A stretch of 64,000 bases of DNA, taken from positions 642,449 through 706,448 of the forward strand of contig NC_068992.1 of NCBI RefSeq assembly GCF_001194135.2, written 5' to 3'. Each line of letters opens with the position of its first letter. Positions within the stretch are counted from its first letter, which is position 1. Under the pieces are notes generated by a model. That model was not told the origin of the DNA and did no database searches. It worked only from the letters and a program-made list of their open reading frames with translations. This document shows positions 26,899 through 40,028 of this stretch, in pieces. A program made the translations under genes and the position numbers. The DNA comes from Octopus bimaculoides (lineage: Eukaryota).

Positions 26899-27119
26899 AT
26901 ATTGATTTCAAATTTTAGCACCAGGCCAACAAGTTTGAGGTAAAGGGCAAGTCGATTACGTCGAAGCCAAGGCTTAACAGGTGCTTATTTTATCGACCCT
27001 GACAGGATGAAAGGTAAAGGCAACCACGGTAGAATTTGAACTCAGAACGCTAAGATGGACCAAATACTGCTAAGAATTTAGCCCAGAGTGCTAACGATTC
27101 TGCCAGCACGCCGCCTTAC
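26899..27119 (-). mobile_element. SINE family A, tail type 3
   Basis: Full head, core and tail on the minus strand. Confidence 0.85.
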
Positions 27120-27146
27120 TCAATAATTCTAATATTAAGAAAGAGC

Positions 27147-27368
27147 AGGGCGGCGTGCTGGCAGAATCGTTAGCAGGTGGGGCAAAATGCTTAGCGGTAT
27201 TTCGTCTGTCTTCAAGTTCTATGTTCAAATTCCGCCAAGGTCGACTTTGCCTTTCATCCTTTCGGGGTCGATAAATTAAGTACCAGTGAAACACTGGGGT
27301 CGATGTAATCGACTAGTCCTCTCCCCCAAACTTGCAGGCCTTGTGCCTTTAGTAGAAAAGAATATTAT
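27147..27368 (+). mobile_element. SINE family A, tail type 2 (well preserved)
   Basis: ggcggcgtgctggcagaatcgttagca...gttcaaattccgccaaggtcgactttgcctttcatcctttcggggtcgataaattaagtaccag. Confidence 0.9.
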
Positions 27369-27371
27369 TGA

Positions 27372-27568
27372 GTAAGGCAGCGAGCTGTTAGAATGCTTAG
27401 CAGTATTTAGTCCATCTTAGCGCTCTGGGTTCAAATTCCGCCCAGGTCGACTTTACCTTTTATCCTTTCAGGGTCGACAAGTTAAGTACCAGTTGCATAC
27501 TAGGGTAGATGTAATCAACTTACTCCTTCCTGAACTTGCTGGCCTTGTGCCAAAATTTGAAACCAGTG
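27372..27568 (+). mobile_element. SINE family A, tail type 3
   Basis: Tandem to the previous copy; ends ggccttgtgccaaaatttgaaacc. Confidence 0.85.
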
Positions 27569-27589
27569 TTTATATTATTGATGACACTG

Positions 27590-27785
27590 ATTAATGTGGT
27601 GAACTGCAGAACAATTAGAACGTCGAGTAAAATTCTTTGCAGTATATCTTCAGACTCTTTATTCTCTGAGTTCAAATCCCACTGAAGTCAGCTTCACTTT
27701 TTTCTCCTTTTAGAGTCGATAGAATCAAATACCAGCGAAATATTGATTTGATGGAATCTACTTGTCCTCCCCTGGCAAAATTATG
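27590..27785 (+). mobile_element. Old SINE family A copy
   Basis: gagttcaaatcccactgaagtcagcttcac...gagtcgatagaat. Confidence 0.55.
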
Positions 27786-28142
27786 AAGAGTTATTTGGGC
27801 GTTGATTCCTGTTAGAGTCTTTCAATCTAGTAATCTCTCTGCAATGTTTTTCATTATCATCTACTAAAATAGTAACTTTCTAACTTTTATTGCACTAATA
27901 TTCTCCTCTTGGGAGTTCCATGTATATAAATGTCCTTATATCTATTCTGATGCATACATTTGTAGATTTTCATGACACTGTTTCCTCGTTAAATGTTTTG
28001 ATTGTTTTCCGTTTCAATCGGCAGTTAAGTTTCTTTAAAGCGTAACACGAAATCTTGCTTTATCTAGCTGAACATTTCCCTTATATCTTCAAATGATTTG
28101 GATGGTTTGTTGAAAGCTTAACTCTCGAATATGTTCTGGAAG

Positions 28143-28440
28143 CAGTGCCAGATATACTATTGTGCTTAGGTGTGCTTAAGCACAGGGCCCAACAGTTATT
28201 TACGATGAATTTTTCAAATGTTAAACATTTGTGGGTCTATTTTCTTGCTCTCAAAAAATTTTTTAAGTGTCAAACATTCAAATGGTTTTCCTAAAAGTTA
28301 TAAGGTAAAGTTAATGTGAACACTTTTACTCGTTATTTTCTAACATTAAGGGCCAGGTACGGCCCTCATAAGTAAGGCCCACCCCAAGTAAAGAGCCTCA
28401 TAACTAACACAACGCCTCATTTCTTCTAAATCCGGCACTG
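28143..28440. mobile_element. hAT-like MITE
   Basis: TIRs cagtgccagat / atccggcactg; 8-bp flanks tctggaag and ccaggaag (6/8 match, putative TSD); internal gggccc-type motifs. Confidence 0.75.
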
Positions 28441-28934
28441 CCAGGAAGCACAATAGTATTGTCGTTTTCTGTCTGTGCTAGTAGCTCCTGCTGTTGCTGC
28501 TAGATTGGTGAGGGAAAATGTATTTCTTGGGCTGCGTAAATAAATAAATAACAATAACCACACACGATGAACATAAGATCTTATTTCCTCACATAAGAGT
28601 ATTAACTGTGTTGCTCTTTTACAAATACTAACAGCAGTAGCTACATGCAGGGAGAGACATGCTGCTTGGTACTAACGACAAGTTAACTAATATAGCAATT
28701 TGTGGCTGGCTCATCACAGCTGGAAAATGATTGTGCTATATTCATAGCGACGAAAATTCCTGTCTATTGTCACAGGTTTTGTTTTAATCAACGGAGTTGT
28801 ATCAAAAACATAAACACAGAAACACATCAGGGTCACAGATAAACTTCCACACGCAGATACCCACTCAAATATACACACTCATATTTATATATGTTCAAAC
28901 ACAAATACACACATACACGCACATCCCCACAAAT

Positions 28935-29070
28935 ACGATGAGCTAATGCAGTTTCTATTAACCAAATTCGACTCAGAATGTATTAGAGAAGACACGCCAC
29001 AAATTTAACCTGTATTGGGATGAATCATAGAACCACATGGTTGGGACTGGGACGCTTTAACACAACAGCC
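28935..29070 (-). mobile_element. Degenerate SINE family B
   Basis: gagaagacacgcc...agaaccacatggttggg...acaacagcc. Confidence 0.45.
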
Positions 29071-29199
29071 TTCATTGATCCATGTGGTAAGCTATTAAAT
29101 GCTACTTTATCAGATAAATCGTGTTTTAAGATTTTCTAATCCATTTTTGTGTATAACATTTATCCGACTTTATACACTAAAATGACCGAATAACCTTAT

Positions 29200-29450
29200 T
29201 GTCTGCGAGTGAAGATCTCTCTGACTTCCCATTGACATATCTGTGAATACGAAAGTCCATTCCATTAACTTCAATGAAAATTCTAACAGATTGTATCACA
29301 GGATTGCTCTTCACACTTTAAAGTTGACTTTGAGGTCAGCCGTGAACAATACACAGTGTTTCTTCCATAATGTTTGACTAGCTGATAAGTTAGTTTGCAT
29401 TAACATTGTCAGAAGCATCAAAGCCATATCAGAAGAGGGTATAAGGTGGA
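29200..29450 (-). pseudogene. R4/Dong-like RT core fragment
   Basis: LYPLL, LFTADLK (cf. LFMDDLK), QSVRIFIEVNGMDFRI (cf. TVRIFSEDIGMEFGI). Confidence 0.6.
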
Positions 29451-29533
29451 GTTTGAAAATTGGTTGAATTATTGATCAACGGATTATCGTGGCATTTCGT
29501 TCCATGTCAACTAGTCTCATTATTGATATATAC

Positions 29534-29535
<2 letters not shown>

Positions 29536-29609
<74 letters not shown>

Positions 29610-29620
29610 CACTACTACTA
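29536..29620. repeat. (ACT)n microsatellite
   Basis: Direct. Confidence 0.95.
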
Positions 29621-29680
29621 CAATTACTAAGATTGTACGTCTATTAACGGCCGTAATCAAACGCTGATATATGTATAGTA

Positions 29681-30118
29681 TTAACCAACCAAGCCCACCG
29701 ATTTACATCCTTTCTTGTGAATTGAAACGTTCGGCGCTTCATATTCTGAAATTAGCTTTTTGAGGCATTCTGCATCTTTGGGGAAGAGTTGAGACAAAGC
29801 GTCACGAAAGACATGGATGTCCACTATATATCCTGTCCGTTGTACTTCACGGATCGTGCGGCTACGTTCCACTTGAAAGCCGCACACCTGTGTTTCTGAA
29901 TCGGAGAGCTAGCGTCGTCTTCTGGGTTCTGTCAATAATCTGAGTGTTGCTTTGTCATCCGGTTCCAGCTTTATAAACCTCAGCTGGGTCAATGAACGAC
30001 TTTTATTTTAACGTTTCGCATCACGCAGCCGAGCACGAACAATAAATTCTTGTTGTTTGAGGAGTCCCTTTCTCGTCGTAAGTGATGCCTTTTCTGTTCA
30101 CCTCTTCTAATTTCTCAC
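29681..30118 (-). pseudogene. Tx1-like ORF2 EN-RT linker fragment
   Basis: FIVRARLR, DKATLRLL, LSQLFPKDAECLKKLISEYE, KGCKSVGLVG (cf. GKSPGLDG). Confidence 0.6.
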
Positions 30119-30297
30119 CCCACACACACACACACACACACACACACCACGCGCGCGCAAAGTATATCGCCATTTTAATATTTGATAAAAATAATGAAAT
30201 AACAAATAATTAACTAGAGTTAATCTCAGGGAAATTTAATAAAATGATGAAGGACATAAATGAAAATAATATAACCTATGGTTATGAATGGTAGAGG

Positions 30298-30525
30298 ATC
30301 ATGGCTTGGTGGTTAGGGTGTTGGACTCATGATCGTAAGATCGTGGTTTCGATTCCTGAATCGAGCGATGTATTCTGTTTTTGAGCAAAACACATAATTT
30401 CACTTTGCTTCAGTCCACTCAGCTGGCAACAATGAGTGATCTTGCAACGGAATGGCGTCCCGTACGGGGAGGGATATATACGTCAGAGATATCGGGAAAC
30501 CGGCTGTATGCTCCTTATGCTACTT
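30298..30525 (+). mobile_element. SINE family C
   Basis: tggcttggtggttagggtgttggactcatgatcgtaagatcgtggtttcgattcctg...cagtccactcagctggc...ggcgtcccgt. Confidence 0.85.
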
Positions 30526-30739
30526 ACCGAGTAATGCAGACTAACCATGGTCATGAATTAAACAGAAATGCATACCTAAGCAATGCACCACTACACACCT
30601 TCACGATATAAAGCCAAGCTTAACAGCATCTTACATGAAAATATTTCCGCGGAAGTAAATCTGAATATCAATAGGTTGAATGATCGAATCAGTTCAGTGA
30701 TAGTCGTAGTAGTGATAGGAGTCGGACACGATCCAACAA

Positions 30740-32340
30740 AGTAAGACTTTTCAGCTGAACATAAAACATGGAAAGGAAAAAAAAAAAAAGAAAACCAAGT
30801 CGAAAATCATGGAAAGAACTAAACTTAGGAAATTGGAAAATTCTAATATGAAACAAGAAAAAAAAATCAAATAATTGAAATATATAATAACAAAAAATGA
30901 GATATCCTGACAGTAAAAGGAAGGCTTAAGCAAATCAAATCCGTAACGTCATGCAGGATAAGATGCTTCGCAAAGCGTTAGCATATCATTGAGGAGAACA
31001 AGTTATTTCAGTGAAATAACGAAGTTTCACAGTGACATTACCTAAAAAAAAGCAACCAAAAAAAAGCAAAGTAATATGAATGACATATCAACATCAACGA
31101 CATTTCAAGCATATTGGGAGGAAAAAAAAACAAATAAAAAAAAACATTCGACACAATCATGAAGCACAATGGATGAGAAGAAAAACACATGAAACAAAAT
31201 TCAATAACGCTGCAGGCATTGCCCACCTGACTAGCAAGTCATTGAGCAACACGATAAAATCTGGAAGCAACTCGAAAGCCCTCGGGGATTGACAAAGTTC
31301 TCAATATTTTGATGGAACACCTCATCAGTATTCATGAATTTATGGTAACAACAATCAACGAATTAGCAAACAGACCAGAATAAATAGCTGAATGGTTACT
31401 AGAGAGAAAAGGAATATTGATTCGTCAAGCTATAATTAAAAAAATAAATAAATGAATAAAAACAGAGGCTTGGCAAAACTACAAGCTTGTTTGCAAACAA
31501 CACAGAAACACTTTATTTATATTCCCCTTAACAGGGCATTCGCTCAAAGGAAAACCAATTACATATTACCAGAAGAGCAGCGTTGGTGTTGGAAAGAGAT
31601 GGAAAGGCATGTGTAGCTGTAAAACGTTGCTAAGAGTAAATTGGATAATTACTGATGACAGAAAAAAATGTGTGGCATGGATTGATTACCAAATAACATT
31701 TGGTAGCCAACCGCTCTCTATGGATATTGCAACAGTCACACTGTATAACTAAAGCAACTTCAAAAGTAATGTAGTACCTCCATAGTGGATTATCAAAGCA
31801 CCAGATCACTGCATGATAAGATAATTAAAATCACCCGTAAAACCTTTTAGGCAGAGTCCGTATATTCACTTTGACACAGCCTTGACAACGCAAGAAATTG
31901 GCTGACTGAATTAACAACGGTTATAAATGCTCTGGCCAACGATAATAATCTTCTATATATGGTGATGAGATAACGCTGTTTACAAGGGAAATTAACCAGC
32001 TGCCGAACATGATAATTGTAAATGAATTCAATCAAGATATTATAATTAGTATATGACTAGAAAAATGTGTCAGAACCAATATATGAAGAGACAAAACAAT
32101 TAAAACTCAGAACAATACATGAAATCCAGACATTGAAATGAAATTATTAGAATAAAAGCAACCTTACAATGACTCAGCAGTAGACGAAACTCGTAATATA
32201 TAAGACAGGGAGATATGAGAAGATGAACCAATAATGCAGCCAAAGTGTGAGACAAATATTAAAGACAATGTTGGAAACAAAGAATTGAAAATCTTAGGAA
32301 AAGCAAAAAATTTACTAGCACCTTTCAAATCGTAGCATCT
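30740..32340 (+). pseudogene. Large degenerate R4/Dong-like ORF remnant (pre-RT and RT)
   Basis: RLKQI..RIRCFAKR..IEENKLFQ; HNHEAQWM; KA.GID; EWL; LPEEQR; VAWIDYQ; NLLYM; FNQDI..LEKC; many stops and frameshifts. Confidence 0.8.
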
Positions 32341-32641
32341 TGAAAACAATACACACAGCTTTGACCTACCCTAGGCGCTCAGGTGCACACCCTCTGATAC
32401 AGAGAGCGAATAGAAAGTAAAATGAATAAGATTAGACATATACTTATTAGAAACATTAGTGTGATATGGAGACATGCTTTTCATTTAAGTTTAGAAACAT
32501 GAGAAAAATATAAACGGAATGAATGAAACAAAGTTAAAATTTTTTATTGTTAGATTCTGACAATAGATTGGTCTTGTGGTTTCAAGTTTTCTGCTTATAC
32601 TCTTCAACAATTAAGTGTTTAAGTGTAAATATACATGTTTA

Positions 32642-32741
<100 letters not shown>

Positions 32742-32761
32742 CTGGAACTTTCATATCAGAA

Positions 32762-33072
32762 CCAAATGAAGAAACAAGAATACATCTTTCACACCAAAGA
32801 TTCGAAGCAGTGATTAACATTCTAAAGCTTCAGACGCCTCGTTTTAAAGAGATATTTAGGAAATGTGACACCTTAATACAAAAAGAAATCTGTGAACAAG
32901 CCAACTGAAAATTACGCGAAAAACTACTGGACTTATGGAAAAAAGACACCGAGATATAAGAAGCCAAATCAAATAAAATACTTGAGTCGAAAACTCGATG
33001 GCTGCATAACTATGAACATAGTTATGGAACAGAATTAACGAAATCTGTTAATAAAACACGGATTCATGAATA
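32762..33072 (+). pseudogene. Degenerate charged helical ORF, probable Penelope-like N-terminal region
   Basis: About 100 codons in one frame with 2 internal stops: PNEETRIHLSHQRFEAVINILKLQTPRFKEIFRKCDTLI...LLDLWKKDTEI*EAKSNKILESKTRWLHNY. Family assignment is from recall only. Confidence 0.35.
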
Positions 33073-34928
33073 ACAAAAACATACAGAAACATAACCCTGT
33101 CCATACCAATTTCCTCATCAGATCGAAAAACAATGGAAGGGGGACAACGCATCTACTTTTACATTTCAAAAACGAATCCTCAACAATCAAAAACACACTC
33201 GAAAAAACTTTTTGCCCAAAAAGTTTAGTAACATCCTCATAAAAGATTTCATATTTTTTAAAAAATATAACTGGAAAAAAAAATCACCCGTACACTTCAA
33301 AACCTATAACTAGATCCCTTCCCTTCTATAACTAGATCCATCCCCTTCATTCTAATACCGTTCCTCGCATCTATCATCGTACCTACTTCGCTTTCTCAGT
33401 TCTATAGCCTCCACTGTCCCCGATTAATAACATCTCTCGTCAACGCTCTCAACAAGGACGCCACTCTTCACAATATTGTCGATCCTACCCTTTCCCACTC
33501 ATTTCCCGGCTCACCACATCTACTTCTCTCTTTACTTCTATACTTTACCTCTCCTATCTCTTCTTGCCTTTTCAACACCCCCTCTCCTCCTTCTACATAC
33601 TTTTATTTGACTTCTTATTCACTCATTCCACTCTTAAATTTCCTGCATTATGATCTGAACTGGCAGATCCCAATCTCATCACCCCGAAGAACGAAGCCGG
33701 ATTTACGGTAGTATCTACACGATTCAATTAATGGTCGCATATCATTGACATTTTTGCACAATCCTTCTGCCAATGTTACATATATTACGTAATTCCGAGC
33801 CCACAGAAAGAGCTGTCGGACCCGAAATACCAGGCTCAATTCCATTATTTTTCTGTATTTTTTTGTATTCCATGTAAATCTGTTCTGCAGATATATAAAT
33901 ATCTATATACTTATACATGAATGTTTATCATGTAAATATTTTCAACTTTTGCTTCACTCTTTATATATCCCTATATATATTCACATGTACATATGTATGT
34001 ATGCATATTTTATATATGACGCTCAAGCGTGTTTCTTTATTTGCATCATTAACTCCATATCAGCTCATCTGGATTCCACTTATAGACACGGTTAATCCTG
34101 CATCGATAACGATGTCCGAGTGAAAGCTAGAAATCATTGGAGCACTACTACGCGTTTTCTAAATTGAGCATCTCTGGATTTCACCTGTTGGCTGTATTTA
34201 TTTATTTATTTATTTATGTATATATATTGATAAATATATATTTATATATAAAATGAAATCAAACTAGGTAATCATATTTTGAACGCATTTAAAGCGCACG
34301 TTTTAGGTAATTGCACAATATATAAACGGGAATTTCATCTCCTACTCAAGATCTTCCTCTGTTAAGACATACCAAAATATTGATACGAGTTAAATCATGG
34401 TTTACTGATGATCAGACGGCTAGCTTTCTATATTTGCATTGAGTCGTGAATAGAAAAATAATACTGAACATTGTGTAGTTTTGAAGAGTAAACAAGAAAA
34501 AAAAATACTGATATGTCATATATTTACTTACGATCGTTTCAGTTGTCCATTACGAATAATTTTGCAAAAAAGCTCGTTTGGACGAAAAGTTTCGATTTTC
34601 TCTAGACGTCAGAACACTAGACTAATTTTATGGGGGATACAGAAAAAAGATAAAACTTACAGTATAATCACGGTGACATTCAACGAATTAAGGATGGCTA
34701 TTTTGGGATTGATGACACATCAATCCTCCAAAATATATATGTATGTATGTATTTAGAAATTCTACGTCTTGAAAAGGATTTGAACGTGTCGAATACTTAA
34801 ACGGGCTGCTCGGGTTTGCAATTATCGCTCAGACATGAGGTCAATACTGGAACTATAAAATTAAGGTAACGTCAATCTATATAAAAGTAATGACAATAAT
34901 GGTAATTACACGCACGCGCACACACAGA

Positions 34929-34960
<32 letters not shown>

Positions 34961-34977
34961 CATAAGTACAGACACAC

Positions 34978-35019
<42 letters not shown>

Positions 35020-36309
35020 GGTTTAGATATAGATTCAAGGCTTGAATATGGTACTTATGCGAAGGCACCCGAATTTCACATCCCAAAAGGATGGGTGATT
35101 AAAATCAAAAGAGTAAAATGTTGCAACATTATACATTATTACATAACCCATGAAACATTTAGGTGCATCGTCCCAAATTTTCTGAGTTTGGGAGGAATAG
35201 GATATTTTGTTGTTCAAAATCCTTTTCAGGCACTGGTGGAAACTATTAAAACTGTGCTGGAGCTTTTAATTTGAAGCTCATATTTGTTTTGTTCTCTCAT
35301 ATTTTTCTCCCAATTCATTGGACCGTTTGTGGTTCGGAACTCTGACTATGATATTATATAGTTGCATTAATATCATACGCACCGAAAACGATTCCGCCTG
35401 GAGGGTATTCGCCTATTTATTCGGCCATTGCGATTTCCGAAGAATTAGTTAAATTAGCTTACTATCGTAAATTGATAATGTTTCAGATGTTTCTTTCATG
35501 TTTATTACTTAAAATTCTCGATGAATGCGATAAGCAGACTTCTTCTATCCTGTTGCAAAGTTACACATCACAAGATGCAATCTCCTCATTTGAAAAGGCT
35601 TTTCTTAATATAGAAAATGTCTGGCTTATGCACATATACATATACATAAATGTATGCATGCGTGCAAGTGTGTATGTGTGTATAAGTATATATCATATGC
35701 GTATATGTATACATGTATATATATANNNNNNNNNNNNNNNNNNNNNNNNNNNNNNNNNNNNNNNNNNNNNNNNNNNNNNNNNNNNNNNNNNNNNNNNNNN
35801 NNNNNNNNNNNNNNNNNNNNNNNNNNNNNNNNNNNNNNNNNNNNNNNNNNNNNNNNNNNNNNNNNNNNNNNNNNNNNNNNNNNNNNNNNNNNNNNNNNNN
35901 NNNNNNNNNNNNNNNNNNNNNNNNNNNNNNNNNNNNNNNNNNNNNNNNNNNNNNNNNNNNNNNNNNNNNNNNNNNNNNNNNNNNNNNNNNNNNNNNNNNN
36001 NNNNNNNNNNNNNNNNNNNNNNNNNNNNNNNNNNNNNNNNNNNNNNNNNNNNNNNNNNNNNNNNNNNNNNNNNNNNNNNNNNNNNNNNNNNNNNNNNNNN
36101 NNNNNNNNNNNNNNNNNNNNNNNNNNNNNNNNNNNNNNNNNNNNNNNNNNNNNNNNNNNNNNNNNNNNNNNNNNNNNNNNNNNNNNNNNNNNNNNNNNNN
36201 NNNNNNNNNNNNNNNNNNNNNNNNNNNNNNNNNNNNNNNNNNNNNNNNNNNNNNNNNNNNTATATATATATATATATATATATCGATAGGAATCAGATTT
36301 TTCACGATG

Positions 36310-36480
36310 AATGAATAATAGCTTTAGCAATTCCAAACATTGCAGTGATTAAGATTTTCACCATCTTTGAACTTCCAACACGTTTCTAATAAAGACTCCT
36401 TTACACGTCTAGCTATCTTTGTGATAGCTCTTTCGCAAATGACATTTCTTGGAATTTGAATTCAAAATCAACAGCCTGTT
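36310..36480 (-). pseudogene. Possible R4-like RLE-region relic
   Basis: Weak: TKIARRVKESLLETCWKFK resembles EKI.KY..L..E..R.W.LK. Confidence 0.25.
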
Positions 36481-37355
36481 GCGATTACCTTGGCTACACG
36501 CTACTGGTTGTCTACATTAATAGTGTTAACATTAACACCACAATCCATCTATCATCTTTCTATCTATTTAATTGCTTTACTTTCGGTTCCAACTGATTCA
36601 AGAATATCCCTTTACTTTCTATATAACTTTCATTTCATGATCCAACACTTCCTACTTTACCCCAACCACTTAGACGATGCCACTGAATGACATGAAAGAC
36701 GCGTAATAGAGCAGTTGAAAGTACATAGTTTATGGGCGGAAGCTGGCTAACGATGAAACATAAAAAGGAGAGGAAGAAAATATGACGAAAGAAAATGGCG
36801 AAGCAAGAAAAGAAGTAAAAAGAGTAAAAAGAGATGAAGAGTAAGAAGAAAAGCAAGAGTGGATGAAGACGAAGAGGGAAAAGAAGAGGAGGAGGAGGAG
36901 AAGGTGGAAAGGGACGAAAAGAAGGAAGGAGGAAAAGAAGTAATAATAGTAGTAAAAGACGAAAAAAATGAAAAGATGTTGATGTGGGAGGGCAGAGAGC
37001 AGAAAGATGAAAGATGAAGTGTATAAATATAATTCAGATGGCAGGATAAGAAAATTGATAAATATATTATATTTACTACATCCAAAATATAGTTGGTTGC
37101 AAAAATTGAAGACTCCCACACGCAATATTTTCTCAAGTATTGGAGGAAAAAAGTGTTTCGCATTGAAACGGTTTTGACTAAATATTGGAAGGGCGGACTC
37201 CGCTGATTGACCTAAAACAAATTAACGAAACCCTAAGATCCTAAATTGTACTTATCAGCTAAATAAATTGCTTTAGCCCCACGATGATCTCGTTCCTATA
37301 GGCTTATGTTAAGAACACATAGGCCCATGCATTCGTACCATATTCAGATCACACA

Positions 37356-37490
37356 TACGAGCGGTGTATGAAAAGTCTTCAGCCTCAAAATCACAAAAAA
37401 ACATGGGACAAGATTTCTGATGAAGATACACGACTTCGAGGCTCAAAGGCTTTGAAAGCTCAAAACTTTTCATACACCCCTCCCCCCGTA
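37356..37490. mobile_element. mariner-type MITE
   Basis: tacgagcggtgtatgaaaagt ... acttttcatacacccctccccccgta; TA at both ends. Confidence 0.75.
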
Positions 37491-38443
37491 TCTTTCAGCA
37501 ACGTTACCGGAAAAGAACACCACGCAGTTAAAAAAAGTTTAACCAAGAAGGAAAATGCTTGTCTTTAATGCTTAAAATCTTGTCTACCATACACCATATT
37601 TCATTATATCCACCAAAGATAAACAGTCTAACCTTCAACATCAAAAGAAGTCGACTTTGTGATTCAACTTCACCAGACAATATCAGATTCATATTGCACA
37701 AATAAGTCAAAAAAGACTGAGATACTGAGAGAGTGAGCATAAAACGATTGAATGGTGCTGTATGCATATCAGAGCTGATCTTGAATACCGTAGTAGCACG
37801 ACCAGGCAATGGATGTTTAGAAGAGTTTCATATCCTCTCGGTTGAAGTTACAACTATTTTAAATATTGCGTTTGAAATACGTTAATATATGCAGAAATTA
37901 CCATTATCGCCGTTCAAAAACATTTGCCCCTTTCACATGCAACAATGGATACCTTGTATCAACAGAAAGGCAAAGACTGAATGGACACTGAAACCTAGCA
38001 TAAAGAAATCAAATCAAGAAAAGCAGGTAGGATAATCCACTTGAGGGATATTATCAAAACAATCATAAAAGTCGAGAACACATTAACATCAAATAAATTT
38101 TAATGATACTAAGAACGAATATAATACAAAATACATTTAACACATCAAAAAGTCACAATGGAAGAAACATAAAGAAGAAAAAATAAGATTGTGCTGCATG
38201 CACTAAAGTCGAAAACAATTGGCCACTACGTTGAGAATTACAAGTAATAGGAAAGCCTTTGGAAAAGACTAAGTGCCAAACTTGTAACTGACTTGTGCCC
38301 CTTACTAAATTAAAAGGCTAACTTTATAGGATTCTGGTGGAGGATACAATATGGCACTCTAAAATGTGAAGAAAGAAAACCAAGCTTTGGGGTCTTTTGT
38401 GTGCCTTTTGAAATTTGTTACGTTTTTCTGCAAGAGCAAACCA

Positions 38444-38527
38444 TTTCTTCTTCTTCTTCTTCTTCTTCTTCTTCTTCTTCTTCTTCTTCTTCTTCTTCTT
38501 CTTCTTCTTCTTCTTCTTCTTCTTCTT

Positions 38528-38607
<80 letters not shown>
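38444..38607. repeat. Compound (TTC)n(TTA)n microsatellite
   Basis: Direct. Confidence 0.95.
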
Positions 38608-39399
38608 CAGTGGGAAATAATGATTGTCGTTTCTGGGCAGTTTTGCGTTTTAAAGGACACGCTTCCGTCTCCCAAACATCGATTCTAGGGCCGGAGCCAA
38701 ATAGGTTGAGGACACCGCATCTGTTTTTGTTCTTGCTGTACTCAAATCTGTAACCAAAGGTCCTATAGAAAAGCGAGGTCCTTGGAACCTGATTTGATTT
38801 AAATTTATACTTAAAGTTTATGAATTGCTGGGTTATGAAATCAAATTGAGAATAAAATTTCCCGATGATCTTCATCTAAAGTTTTCTCCTCTCTTACAAC
38901 ACGCCTTAAAACGTAGATACGTGCAACACTTCAATAGTAAATGTGCATTAAGGTGTCTTCAAGTGTAACTTTCTTTATACATACTTCCTTTCAAATAACA
39001 TGAAATGAATAAAACTTGCTATAAGTTATACAAAAGATTTTCATGAATCACAACAAAAGCATTATTAAAACTTTATGGTGAGTTTTAATCAATTTCATAG
39101 TAAAAGATGTAAGCTTTGTAAAATTTAGTTTGCATCTAAAATTCATTATTTGTCATTATTCAGAAGCAGAAATACGTCTTCATATCGGAAACCAGATAGC
39201 AAGAACTAAACTACGATATGACATTACATCATAGGTGAATGAAGCGGTGATTAATGCTGTGACGCTGAGTTTATTCTCTATAAATCCTCCCCAATATATC
39301 TGAATATAAATGTCTTTTATTTTTTTTTTTATAAATTTAATGGCATATATTTAAGCATCAACTGAACATTCTGCCTGCATTACGAGCTTCACCTCCGTC

Positions 39400-39778
39400 C
39401 ATTCGTTGCTCGGTGAGCATTTGAACGAAGAGGGTGTGTTTCTTCAAACCTCTCAGCCTCGTCCACTCACAACCTCTTCGCCAAAGCCGCTAAACAGAAG
39501 AAAACCGCCTGCCCTGCCTTGTTGGAAGTGGGCGGTGGGGTGATCCTCACGAAGGATTTGGTCGATATCTGGATTTGTTCAACACGCTATAACAGCTGTT
39601 CGACATAACTCCACAGGTCAGTAATCCTCAGACACTCCACGAGTGCACGCAGAAAGTTTTCGTCGCTCAGCTCGCAACTCGTACAGTTCGAACGTGACAG
39701 GGCTTCGGTACCCATAAAGTTTATCGCGAACTGGCAGTGCTCCTCGGTAGCCTGACGATATTCCAAATGCACGTGCTT
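39400..39778 (-). pseudogene. Tx1-like ORF2 C-terminal Zn-knuckle fragment
   Basis: YRGALPVRDKLYG; CTSCELSDENFLRALVECLRITDLWSYVEQLL; KSFVRITPPP. Confidence 0.75.
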
Positions 39779-39829
39779 ATTAATGATAGTGATGAAATAA
39801 TAATAATATTATAATAATAATGGTAAAAA

Positions 39830-40028
39830 TAATGCTGGTTTCAAAATTCTGCACAAGGGCACCAAGTTCGGAAGTGTAGGTACGTGGATTGCATCAACGT
39901 CAGTACAATTGGTACTTATTTTATCGACACCGAGAAGATGAAAGGCAAAGATAACCTCGGCAGAATTTGAACTTAGAACATAACGATGGAGGAAATGCCG
40001 CTAAGAACTTTGTCCTGCGTGCTAACTG
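39830..40028 (-). mobile_element. SINE family A, tail type 3, diverged
   Basis: ggtacttattttatcgacaccgagaagatgaaaggcaaag...ctcggcagaatttgaact. Confidence 0.75.

Noticed and set aside
26899-27785. CRISPR-like or bacterial repeat array
   Set aside because: The repeats are about 200-bp diverged SINEs without regular spacers; there are no cas genes and the context is eukaryotic.
36730-37125. Purine-rich tract giving F/L/S-rich and K/E/R-rich ORFs
   Set aside because: Low-complexity (GAA/GGA) sequence without domain features.
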